NCBI GenBank assembly: GCA_964618565.1
Contig: CAZUBA010000002.1
Span: 20,029-84,028, forward strand
Reading direction: 5' to 3'
Length of the DNA: 64,000 nucleotides
Source of the DNA: an uncultured Candidatus Peribacteria bacterium
Lineage (GTDB): Bacteria > Patescibacteriota > Gracilibacteria > BD1-5 > UBA2023
Shown here: in pieces, positions 23,990 to 35,977 of the stretch
Layout of the letters: the number at the start of each line of letters is the position of its first letter
Position numbering within the stretch: position 1 is the stretch's first letter
The notes under the pieces: model-generated
Told to the model about the DNA's origin: nothing
What the model saw: only the letters and a program-made list of their open reading frames with translations
Databases searched by the model: none
Translations under genes and position numbers: made by a program

Positions 23990-25078
23990 TTATATCTCAA
24001 TTATTCATTTAACTCAATACAACCAATCAATCTTTAAATTATTCTGTTTAAAGGCTGTGTTTAATAATTGTTGATGTCTTTCGCTAAGTCTTTTTCCTTT
24101 TACAGCAAAAGTCATTTTCCAAAGCATTGTTCTAAGGAAATAGATAGCAATCTTTTCATCAAAATATTCTGGTTTAAATCATAACTGGTTAAGAAATCAT
24201 TGTTTTAATTGTTCTGCTCTTGGATAGTGGCAAACCCAAGTCGGAGCACTACCTATTTCAGAAATTGGATCAAAAGCGACTGCATTTTCCCAGTCATATA
24301 AAGCAAGGATTTTATGGTTGTCAGGATTATATCTAATATTGTGGTCAGCAAGGTCATGGTGTACTAAATATGCTTGCCTATCTTTATTGATAATTGGTTT
24401 TATAGATTCAAAGTGATTTAAAATAAAATTTCTGGCTTTTTCATCAAATATTCAAGCTTCCTGTAAAACATTTAAATCATAATCCAAATATGCAGTTAAG
24501 TACTCAAAAGCACTATTTTTAGCACCTTGTAATCTGTCAGGTTGATTCTGAAATCTTCACCATCATTCAACAGGCATTTTGTATTCAAGTGCAATGTATT
24601 TGCCTAATTCATAACTAAGTTTATCATAATCTTCTTTTGTTCCATTCCATTGTGTTTCTAAATCTAAACCTGGAAGTACTTTCATGATTTGATAATCAAA
24701 ATCAAATTTTAATCTAGTTGTGTCAGATTCTAAAAGTTCATTTGTAGGAAATCAAGCTATTTTTGCTAAATCAGTAAAACCTTTTTCAAGAGACATGTAG
24801 TGTTCTGAAGTTTCTAATCAAACATTTCATCTATAAACAAGTTCTCATTTTTGGGTTTCAATAAAATAGATAACATGACCTGTCCCAAAACTATTTTCAT
24901 TTAGTTTTATATTTCTAATTTCATAACCCTTTTCTTCAAATATACCTCTAATTACCTCATCTCTAATTTGAGAAAAAGCCAAATATCTATCTTTCAATGC
25001 AAGTACTGTTTCTGACGGTCTGTGAGCATTGAAATAGTAGATTTCATCCGATGGATATGTTTGTTGTGATTGCCTCAT
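23990..25078 (-). CDS. aminoglycoside/choline-kinase-type phosphotransferase (APH family)
   Basis: LVHHDLADHNI (HxDxxxxN) and ALYDWENA motifs. 362 aa. Confidence 0.75.
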
Positions 25079-25209
25079 ATTTTTATCTTAATTATATTTT
25101 ATAAATCCAATCATCAGAAAAGGCTGTTCCCATGTTTTTTAGCCCTCTATTGTCTGTAGTCGTGCCATGTACAAAAAAGGTTATTTTTAATATAATTATT
25201 AATATTTTA

Positions 25210-26223
25210 CTATAATTCTCTAACTATAACATCCTTAAGGTATTGATTCTTAAAATCTGTCATCTCTCAGATTTTTGCTTTTCAATCCGATACGAATCTG
25301 ACTGAAAGTGGTTTTGAATATTTATTGCTTAGTGCCTGAACAAGTTTAAGGATATCGGCAACTTTTTTCTTATTTTGATTTATTCAAATTGGGTAGGTAT
25401 CAATTCATAATCAAGAATGTAGACTTAAAAATATATTCCTCTCAATGCTGAAATTTCAGACTGAATATTCTGAAGCAAGTTCAAAATCTTCAAGGCATGG
25501 AAACATCAATCAACAGAGTCAAACAGGTTTAGGGTTTTGCCTTTTTATGAAATTAGTAATTTGAGTATAAATATCCGTAGTAACTGAACTGCTGAAATCA
25601 ACTCAAAGTCTGTTTATAAAATCAATCAAGCTGCTTTTTCATTCAAAAAGTGGAGCAACGGAAGAATCAATTCACAAAAATTCACTGTCATTTTTAAATA
25701 ATCCAATTAATTCGTTCCATGCTTCCTCCATATTTAAAAGCCATTCATCCAGTGTCTTGCAATTTTCTGACAAATCTGTAGGCTGAAGTCATATGCTGAA
25801 TCAGTTTTTCTCATATTTGGCTGACGGGAAATATGGACTTGCCGTTTTATTGTTGAATGTGTATGTAAAATTAAATGTTTTTGAGGGATTTTCATTTATG
25901 ATCTCGTATAGTAAGTTAATATGTTTTTCTTCAATGGTCTCGTTTGTCAAATCTAGATTGATTGTAATATTTTGAGAATTTAAAAATTGTTCAAATATTG
26001 GATCAAGGGTTTTATAGCTAAAATCTCATAGAGATAACAATATTCATTGTTCAAGTAAAATTCAGGGATCAACTGTTCAGTCATTATTTTTAAGACATAT
26101 TCTTTTTGTTTGAATTTCAAATCAATGTGTTCTTAGGATATTTTCAATCTCAGCAGATTTTTCAATCATATCATGATTGAAACTTTCTCCGAAATAGCAT
26201 ATAGACCTTATTATTTTATTCAT
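25210..26223 (-). CDS. DUF711/UPF0210 family protein
   Basis: 337 aa. MFPCLEDF and SLHSGLGIDTYPI resemble UPF0210 signatures. Frame checked. Confidence 0.6.
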
Positions 26224-26238
26224 ATTCTAATTTTTTAT

Positions 26239-26718
26239 TTATGATTTATGGTATTTATCAATCTGTTCTTTGAAACCGTTTTTATCCAGTTGAATTAATT
26301 TAGAATCTTTTCAAAGAGGAGAATCTGTAATTTCTTCTCACATCCAATCTGGTTTTATGAAATTTTTTGCTTCTTCTTCTGATTTAAATTCAACTTCAGC
26401 TCTTTTCAGTCATTCATGATCTCAACGATAGATCTTGATTGAAACATTTTCACTGAGATTATATCAATCTCTGATTAATATCTTATTTGAAATTCATTTT
26501 AAAACCTCAAACTCATCTTTAGAAATCCTAATTTTTATTCAATCTCTTGATAGATCAGATATTTTTTCTTTTCTTTCAAGCTCATATATATCTCATTTAG
26601 ATTGAATCCTGAATTCGATTCAATTTCAGATAAATAAAAAATGTCTCTCATATCTTATGGGATTGATATTCTTTAAATCGGGTAAATCTTTAATTAAAAA
26701 TTTTCTTTCTATTTCCAT
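26239..26718 (-). CDS. CYTH-domain protein (triphosphate tunnel metalloenzyme)
   Basis: N-terminal MEIERKFL (ExExK). 159 aa. Confidence 0.75.
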
Positions 26719-27096
26719 ATTAAAATCATCAATAATCAAGCTCAGATAAATGATGCTTATCATATATTTTTTAGCTTAAAAATCAATATTTAAAAGCTTA
26801 CGGTATAAACAATGAATACTTGTCTTCATGAATTCATGAGCGAAAAATCACAGAAAAAGAACGTTTTCCAAAGAATTAAAGATTTTGAACTTTCCCTTTA
26901 AATAGTGCAAAATAAAGGGGGATAAAAATATATTGCGGTCTTTTAAGTGCCTCCGGACAGATTAAAAAATACAACTCTATTTAAAAATAGCTGGGGTTTT
27001 TGCTTATTTGAGCAATGTAACGAAATCAAAAGTGCATGGCGATAGTGAATTGAAGCTGAATATTAATTGAGAATACAAATTATGACCTTGTAAATC

Positions 27097-27124
27097 TTGA
27101 ACTTAAGACTGATTTGCTTATAAT
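27097..27124 (+). promoter_or_regulatory. sigma70-like promoter
   Basis: TTGAAC-N16-TATAAT, 70 nt upstream of the ATG at 27195. Confidence 0.4.
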
Positions 27125-27194
27125 GATAAGTCCAGAAGAAATAATTTTCTGGTCAAGAATTAAAAAAAACACTTTATTATTAAGAGAAAATATT

Positions 27195-27791
27195 ATGAGA
27201 AAAATCATTATTCTGACTTTCATGACGCTCGACGGGGTCATGCAGGCGCCTGGCGGACCCGAAGAAGATACATCAAACGGTTTCAAATACGGAGGGTGGA
27301 CTGTCCCCTATTTCGATGAATTCGCTGGGAAAGCCATGGAAGAACAGATGAAGCAACCTTTCAGTTTGCTCCTGGGCAGAAAGACTTTTGAGATATTCGC
27401 ATCTTACTGGCCGATGCATGCGAATGAATGGCCCGGCATTAACGAGTCCACCAAGTATGTGGTTTCTAATACGCTTACAAAGCATGATTGGGAAAATTCT
27501 ATCTTCATATCGGGTGATGTGGTAAAGAAAATAAAAGAACTGAAAAATCAAGCCGGTCCCGATATGCACGTGTATGGTAGCAGCAATCTCATACAGACAC
27601 TTTTGAAGCATGATCTCGCAGATGAGCTTTGGCTCAAGATATTCCCAATCACACTTGGTTCGGGAAAACGTTTATTTGGTGAGGGTACTATTCCTGCCGC
27701 TTTCACGCTTGTGGAATCCAAGACATCGCCCAGCGGGGTTATCATTGCTTCTTATGAGCGTGCCGGAGAAGTTGAAACGGGGTCTTTTTAG
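27195..27791 (+). CDS. dihydrofolate-reductase-like protein (RibD C-terminal domain family)
   Basis: MRKIIILTFMTLDGVMQAPGGPEED...YGSSNLIQTLLKHDLADELWLKIFPITLGSGKRLF. GC-rich with no TGA codon. TAG stop. Confidence 0.85.
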   Translation: MRKIIILTFMTLDGVMQAPGGPEEDTSNGFKYGGWTVPYFDEFAGKAMEEQMKQPFSLLLGRKTFEIFASYWPMHANEWPGINESTKYVVSNTLTKHDWENSIFISGDVVKKIKELKNQAGPDMHVYGSSNLIQTLLKHDLADELWLKIFPITLGSGKRLFGEGTIPAAFTLVESKTSPSGVIIASYERAGEVETGSF

Positions 27792-27889
27792 GTGTTATCC
27801 TGAATCTATAATGGATAATTGCAAAAAAATTTGTATTTTTGATTATTTTATTAATATTGTCAATAGTTTTACTTCTTAATCATAAGAAT

Positions 27890-28660
27890 ATGAGAAGCAG
27901 CACGGAAAAAGATTCCTCAAGCATAAACATGTGAGAGATTCTTAAAGAATATCAAAGTTTGGAAAGAGAGCGAATGAGAAGATCTGGAGAAATCGTAGAA
28001 GAAAAATGAAAATCTGAAGAAAAATTGGAAGAAGAATATTGAAATAGGATCTGGGAAGGGATAAGAAATCATTTTCCTGAAAGTTTCGATAAAAGAATCT
28101 TATGATTGGAGCATGCGCTTGAAGGGATAAATTTTCAATGATGGTTCGTCATGCAATCCCTGAAATGAGGTCATACCTATACCTCCAAGATCGATTGCTC
28201 CAATTATGATTGAGGTTTAGAAGCACTGTATGAAAAAGTCAAATCACTTGACTGAATGATTTTTAGCTGAGTCAGAATTGAGGTTGGAATGTCGAAAGCT
28301 ATATTGGATAAAACTGCAGATCAACTTATAAAAGAAAATGAGTTAAGCTCAGAAGATGCGGATTTATTGAATCGAATAATACAAGAAAATGAATGAGGTT
28401 TAAAAGAGCTATATAATAAAATCATGTCCCTAGCCGCTTGATCTTGAGAGCTTTTGCAAGTAACCCTTTACCGACTCGGAATTATAGCCCCATGATTGAA
28501 AGATGCAAAAGATTTGAAAGACTTTTTGGATAAGATTGCAGAGGATCAGATCTATATCATATTCAAGAAGACCGATGAGAAAGATCAGTTGAAAGCATGA
28601 ATCTTGACAGAAGAGGTTTCTGAAAGTATTTGAAAATTGGTGCAAGAAAAACAACCATAG
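27890..28660 (+). CDS. hypothetical protein (256 aa)
   Basis: Frame checked by triplets. TAG stop. About 15 TGA-Gly codons. Confidence 0.55.
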
Positions 28661-28840
28661 AAAATATTTAAAACTTGCTTCAGCCAGACTTTCCATTCAG
28701 CCAGGATGGGATGTGGCGGAATATTAACATTAAGCAAGCAATAGCTATATTGGCGGATATAAAAACAAAAATAAAAAACTAATTATTGTCCTATAATTCT
28801 TAGGTATTTTTTAGTTTGATATTTCTTTAGAAAACATTAA

Positions 28841-31800
28841 ATGAAATTTAACGCAATGGAAGAAGCTTTAATTAAGGCTTGATTAGCCGAATGAGCTAAA
28901 ACAAATCTAGGAATCGGACAAAATACTCAATCAATAAAAATAGTAATTAACTCTATAGTTACAACAACAAATGATTTTGAATCTATCTTTTTTTGAAATA
29001 AAGATATTATTAAGCCTTTGATTCTGTCAGATGATTGTGAGATAAGTAGTCCTAATACTTCAATTCCCTGTACAGAATCATGAATAACAAAGGAAATAAT
29101 CTTCAATCCTTTAAATAATCAAAATCTAATAAAACAAAGACAGGAAATAATTAGCTTCTTATTGAGTGATAGCATAAGTTTAGAAGAATTTATAAGAAAT
29201 AAAAACAGAGGTTATGCTTTAGGCGAAAGTCTTGAACATATATTTGAAAGACCGGACAAAGAATGAAGAAGAGAGATTCTAGGCTCTATTTATCACCACT
29301 ATAAAGAATTATGAATAGAATTTAATAGAGAAAAAATTCTAGAAGATTTAGAAGAAAATCGTTATAACAAGCTAGAAATATTTATTAAATATCAAAAATG
29401 GTCTGATACCGAAATAATATCAAGAATTGAATTAATTAAAAATGAGTGATTTAGTGGTGTTTTTGAAAGAACTCTTTGGGATCTTGTGAATATTGCAGAT
29501 ATAAAAATAAACCTTACAATTTTTGGAACATTCTTAAAAGAAATCAAGCATCCTGTATTTTTAGGTTTATGATATAAGCTTGATAATATTATAAGTGATT
29601 GAGTAGATAGATGATGCTTCCCTACTATAGAAGAATTAGTGACGGCGATAAGAAGTTGAGATAAAAAAAGATTTGATATAATAAAAGCTTTATCAAAAGA
29701 ATTATCTGAATTCACTTCAAAAATTTGAGCTATCCTATGATTTGCAAATCTAGTAAAAAGAGATTCTTATTCCCCAGTTCAGAATCTTGGATTAAAAAAC
29801 GTAAAACAAACTTATGATAACGGGTGGAGTTTTGCAAGGCAGAAATGTAAAAATGATCGGGATAAAAAAACAAAAGACCAGGTACGAAATTGACTTAAAA
29901 AAGATCATGATGTTACTGTTTTAAGTTGAAGCAATATGTCATGAAAATCATTCTTCCTTTTGCAGAACTTCTATATGCAATTATTGGCTCAATCATTCTG
30001 ATATGTGCCAGCAGAAAATCCTTCATTCAGAGTTTTTGACAAGATAGTTTTCGTTGATAGAGCTTCTACAGATTCATTCCATAATTTAAGCGCCTTTTGA
30101 AAGGAAATCGAGAATTGGAAAAAGATTTTAGATTGAGATGTTTCAAATATGATATTACTCTCAGATGAGGCTTTTTCAACTACCTCAGCAGAAGATCAGG
30201 CAATTCTTTTAGAGAAAACCTGAGATCATATTACTAGATCATGAGGTAAGATTGTGCTAGCCAATCATAATGATGCTTATATGAGAAGCAAAGCATGACA
30301 GGATTCGTTTGGTTTCTATCATTTTGACACAGGTTTCAAATCTAATTGAGATATTGATTTCTATCATACAATAAAAGAATGAATAGATGAATCGAAATCA
30401 TTTGAAGTTGCTCATAGGATGTGATTCCCAAAAGATGCTTTAGAATCTGCAATAAGATATATGAAATGAGAATCTGTTGAGATTACTGAGATTCAGAAAC
30501 ATTTATGAGTATTAGAAAGATATACTGAAGTAGAAAGAAATAAACAAAAGAGTGAAACTAGAAGTTTTATGAGATTGATGCCATGAGGCGATGAAATAAT
30601 TAAAAATGAAAATTGAGGTCATAGAAGTCATAATTTATACTGGAGATACACCATAGATCATACTGAAAGGGATGACTATTGAAATAATAGATGATGAAGA
30701 AAAGTTGAAAAAAGACCTGAATTTACCAGTCCATTCACTCTTCTAAGTGAAGACAGGGATTTCCATAATTGATTTAATCCTGGAAATTTTAGTTGGTTAC
30801 ATAGCTGAGAAAGTACGAGATATATTCAACAAATACTTTTACATTACTCAAGTTCTGATTCAAAAGAAATATTTGAAAGACAAAATATGTTTGAAGAAAT
30901 CTCAAAAGAATGAGCAGATCAGAAACTAGAAGCAATATTATGACAGATTTATGAATTCATATTTTGAATGAATTTTAGATATGATGAAAAGTTTTATAAA
31001 TCATTCAACAGAATAATAATCGGCTGATTATATGCAGAACTTAATGAATGACATAATGTACTGGATAGGTCTTGAGTAATATTGTCATTTATATGAATGA
31101 TTAAATGAGTAATGAAGTTATTGAATAGTGAAATAAATGATTTTGATATTGAAAAAATTGAAAAAGAGATAATTTCATTTTATAAACTTATAAAGGATTT
31201 GCGTGTACATGAAGAAAAAGGAAGAGATGAAGTACATAAATTATATAAAAGAGAAGATTGGGACAGAGAAGCTTATTGGTGAAATCATAAAGAAAAAAGA
31301 TTAAATATAATAAATGAGTCTTGAATTTCTTTTGTAAACGCAGAAATGGATGAAGATGAGATTAAGAAAATATTATATAAAAAAATTAAGGAATATGCGA
31401 CAGAGACTCATTCTAGAGCGACTGATTTGTTAATTCCTCTATCTATAACAGATTTTGAAACTGAAAAAATCCAAGAAGCTTTTAAGGATGCTTTTGAATA
31501 TGCTAAAACCGTTGATTGGTATTCTTGAATATGAATCAAGGAAATCTGACACATCATGTCATTAACTAATAAATGAAATCCAATTAAAGATTTTGAAAAT
31601 TACCTAAAAAGTTTTGATTCGGTTCATTTGCATCAAATTGCTAATTATTTTGATAATGTTTTTTGAATGTTATTTTGAGATATAAGGTCTTGAATTGATT
31701 TCTTTGAAAAATTAAAAACACAAATTAACTCAAAAGCTTCAGAAAAAATTAAAGATGATGAGGATGAAGAAATATTTTCTGTAAGCAGAAGGTCTAAGTG

Positions 31801-32575
31801 ATTTGATTTCTTACCACATTATAGTTTTGAAGATAGAGATAAATTATATCATGAATTTAGGAAATTATTTTCATTATTCACGTTTGCAAGACTTATTAGA
31901 GAACATGGCTATGCAAAGGTAAATTTTTCTGGAAATTGAAAACTGGATCTTACTAATGCCTGGAGCATGACAAAACCAAAAGATGAACAAATCAGAAATA
32001 GTATTATATTTGATGAAAATGAAAGAATAAAACTGATTTCTTGAACTAATATGTCATGAAAGACGTTTTACTTAAAACAGCTTATTTGGAATATTCTTTG
32101 TGCTCAAGCAACTTGATTTTGTCCTTCAGATTCTGCAACAATGCCAGTTTTCGATAATATCGTTTATTTAGATAGAGTTAATTGAAAAACAAAAGAAGAA
32201 TTAAGCGCGTTCTGAAATGAAGTCGAATACTGGAAAAAAGTATTTTGAGTTTGAATTGACTCCAAAATGAACATATTTGCATTTGATGAAACTTTCTCAA
32301 CAACTTCAGCAAAATATCAAACAGCACTTACATATTGAGTAAATGAGGATTTATTGAAGAAATGACAATTTGTAGCCATAGCTTCACATAGTCATGATTT
32401 CTTGAGAGATTTTAATGATACAAATTTAAATAAATCAAGAACATATCATTTCAAAACTCATATTTGAGAAGATTGACAAATAGCTTTTGATTATGAAATA
32501 GAAGATTGACACGCACCTTCTCAGGCAATTGCAGTAGCAAAAAAACTTTGAATCAGAGAAGATATTTTAAATTAA
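28841..32575 (+). CDS. tandem MutS-related ATPase (two MutS domain-V-like modules in one 1244-aa ORF)
   Basis: No TAA/TAG in frame across 3735 nt (every line checked). Module 1 has LSGSNMSGKS...LLSDEAFSTTS. Module 2 has ISGTNMSGKT...FAFDETFSTTS. Confidence 0.7.
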
Positions 32576-32629
32576 AATAATTATGTTATAGTCAAAACTC
32601 TAAAATGGAGCTTACTGAACCGTTAATGT

Positions 32630-35026
32630 TTAATTTTCAAAACTTTCAAGTTTCTTTATAAACAATACTCAAAGGTTCTGATCTGGTCTGACATAAGATT
32701 TGAAATTATATTGTGCTTTGGGGTCGTTTTCAATTTTCTTTCTTACTTTCTGCCAAATATCATCCCATGAAATTTTATCTGAATGAAGGATTGATTGATT
32801 TATTTCAGAAAATAATGGGTCATTTACAAGCATGGTTCAAGTTCACTTTGTTGTTATTATAGTTGCTCCTTTTGATTTATCTAAAACATTTGAAACATTT
32901 TGAAATCATCCGCAAGATCATAAAAATACCATCTTAGTGTTTTTATATACTTTTTCGATTGTGCTACATACATGATAACTATGTCATCTATGTACCACAA
33001 TATTTGGTCAATCAGGTGAATAATCTTTCATGTAATTCTCGATATCTTCAATTCAATTAGCATTAGTTTTTTGGTCAAATTCTGGGTTGTTTGCAAAAAT
33101 TATAGCCTGTTTCCTGCTAATTTGCTTTGATTTTATAATTACAAAGGTCTTGTGGTCTTCTATTTTCCATCACAACTGTTTATACGTTGCTAAAAAGTTT
33201 TTATAAGAGCTTTTTCCATCAGGGTCATTATAGAAAAAATACTGTTGTATGTTTCTTCAATTTTTATCAAAAAGATTTTTAGTTTCTATTGTATTGAGTT
33301 TTGGGAGCTCATATTTAATTAGCTCATTTTTAAAAAATGGATCATTAAATTTATTTTTTAACTTATTTCCTATTACTCAAAGCCTATTTTTTTCATTGGC
33401 TGTCGTATTTATATTTTTAAACCTTGTCTTTATTGTGTTTCAAATTAATTCTAACAGTTTTTCATCTTTTATAACAGAAACCAGGTCAGTAAAGGCAATG
33501 GCATTTCTTAAATCATTTCTTACAGAAAAAACCAGTTCAACTAAAAGTTTTACCAATTTATCCTTTTTAATGTGATTTAAAAAAACCTCAACTTGTCAGT
33601 AAGAACTAACTGCTTCTAAAAAAATAATTACTCACTCAAATCTTTGCTCTTGAAATAAATCATAAAAATCTTTTCACTGTTTTTTCAATCAATCATTTAA
33701 CCTTTTCATTATTCAAATATAAGAAGAAGTGAACACCTCTTCTCTTCCTTTAATAATGCAGTTGTACAAATCCTTGGAATCAAAATTTTCTATCATGGCA
33801 AATCTTATTTCGTCTTTTTCTTCATGAAGATTATTTATAATTCCCACAAGCTTTATATACATATCATTAGCAATAGGCTTTCATATTAAATCTACTTTGG
33901 CCCTTTTTACTATTCTCTCAATTGATAATGGGTCTGTTTTTTTTAATACATCAAGTAATCTTGAACTTCCGAGAATGTATAAAGCAGCTCAAGTATCGAG
34001 TTTGGCGCTTAATTCAGCTAGTTTTCAAAAATATGGCTTATCTAAAACTGAATCCTTTCATAAGATTAACTCATAATCATGGGGATGCCTTAAAATTCAT
34101 CTTGTTAAAGCTTCTTCATTAACTGAAATGCCAAATACTTCATTCTCTTCTTTTTTGTTTTTTTCAAATCAAAAATTAAATCAGTTATTATACGGAGTGT
34201 ATATGTATTTATAATAAAGAATAGGATCTTGAGCAATTACGTTTTTTATAACCTCTTTTGTAAATGGCTTTTCTCGGATCAATCGGTCCATATATGAGGT
34301 AAATACCAAGGCAGGATAAGTTTTTGAAAACTTTAGATAATTCTCTTCAGTTATAACAATTTTTGATATTTCTTTAATAAACGGCATAGTATCTTCATAT
34401 TTACAAAAGCTATGTACCAATAATGCAGGATTAGTTTTAGCTTTTTGTATTAACCATTCCTTCTCTCCCTGAGAAAAATCTTCTACATTAAGTTTTTTTT
34501 CATTAATTTCTTGGAATTTTCATTTTAATTTAATATCTTTAAAAATATTAAAGTCAATATCATATCCTTTCATATAATTATCTAATTTCAATTCCTTAAA
34601 AAGCCAAAAACCTTCAGGATCTTTCAAGGCAAATCTCTTTAGGGCATCTTTGCACAGAGCCTTCTTAATAAAGCTCTCACCAAATGGATATTTTCTCAAG
34701 ATAAAATCGTATTCAAATATTTTTGCTGTATTTTCTTTGAGCAAATATTCAAGAATTGCCTTACAGAGATATGGCTCTAAGCTTAAATCATTAATATCGT
34801 TATCAAAAAATTTTTCCCATCATTCTTTAAGATATTTTTGTATATATCCTTTACTTCTCTTCTCAACTTCGGATGATAGATGCTCTCTGTATGAAATTCT
34901 AACACAAGAAAAGGCATCAGCCTCCTGTTGTGTTGATGTAAAAATCTTTTTTTGTTCGTATTTGCCAAAGAATTCTGTCATACCTAATGAAAAGTTAGTA
35001 TTTGCTTTAAGCTTAACATAAATCAA
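32630..35026 (-). CDS. hypothetical 798-aa protein with C-terminal His/Cys (caspase-like?) region
   Basis: Three track ORFs share one frame, with no TAA/TAG (checked). TTG at 35026 or ATG at 34981 as start. C-terminal NIVVHRGHSYH...MVFLGSCGGF. Confidence 0.6.
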
Positions 35027-35268
35027 GTTTTAATGCAAAATTAAGGTTTATATGATTCACAATAGACGGATCTTAAGAAGACAACGATTTGCCTTCTCCA
35101 GCTCTAGCATCGCAACATTGAAGTTTATTTATTTAGAGCTATTATTATATTATTCTGCACTAAGATAGTACAACTTTTATTCAAGGATTTTTTTTGATAT
35201 ATATCATCAATTGAATATAATGAATAGTTACGAAAATTAACAAATCAATTTACTTTTTATATGAATAT

Positions 35269-35718
35269 ATGGAAAAATTAAGATATTCAATAGACATACA
35301 TGCTCCTAAGAAAAAAGTTTGGGAGACAATGCTAAATGACGATACTTACCGAAAATGGACAGAGGTCTTCAATCCTCCTGGTTCTGTTTCATATTATAAA
35401 GGAGAATGGAAGGAAGGCAGTAGTATGCTTTTTCTTTGACAGGATGAAAATTGAGTTTCAGGGATGATCAGTAAAATCAAAGAAGTCCGCCCATTTGACT
35501 ACTTGTCTATACAACATCTTTGAGAAATAATCAATGGGAAAGAAACATATTGGCCAGAAACTCAGGATGCACGAGAAAATTATACATTCATTGAGAAGGA
35601 TGGCTTTACTCAAGTATTAGTTGAACTTGATTCTAAGGAGGAATACAAAGATATGTTTGAGGAAATGTGGCCTGAAGCATTGAAAAAGTTAAAAATATTA
35701 TCTGAGAGCAATTCCTAG
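35269..35718 (+). CDS. SRPBCC/AHSA1 (START-like) family protein
   Basis: MEKLRYSIDIHAPKKKVWETMLNDDTYRKWT... 149 aa. TAG stop. Confidence 0.75.
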
Positions 35719-35720
35719 GA

Positions 35721-35787
35721 GGTTATATTTATATTCCAAGATCGATAACTCCAATTATGAAACTTAGAAGAATTTATAACTGAATAG
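35721..35787 (+). pseudogene. decayed fragment of a paralog of the 27890..28660 gene
   Basis: About 75% nt identity by eye to 28169..28260 (shared ccaagatcgat..ctccaattatga). Interrupted by indels and TAG/TAA. Confidence 0.35.
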
Positions 35788-35977
35788 CCCTAAAGAATCA
35801 TATTGAATGAAAGGACAATCAAACCTAAAGACTTAGGGTATTTATATTATTTTAAATATTTCTTGAGTTTTATTTACTGGAATTCTGTATAAGATATACT
35901 ATATAATAAAATATATTTGACAATGTTCAAGTGTTAAATAATATCCTTCCATAAAATTATTGATTTTTAATTTACAG

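Noticed and set aside
26720-27194. A folate-related riboswitch (THF or ZTP) upstream of the DHFR-like gene.
   Set aside because: I could not find the conserved cores of either class. The region is mostly AT-rich spacer plus a promoter.
28841-32575. Splitting the MutS-like region into two genes, with the second starting near ATG 31112.
   Set aside because: A triplet-by-triplet check found no in-frame TAA or TAG between the two ATPase modules. In a TGA=Gly host nothing terminates the first module.
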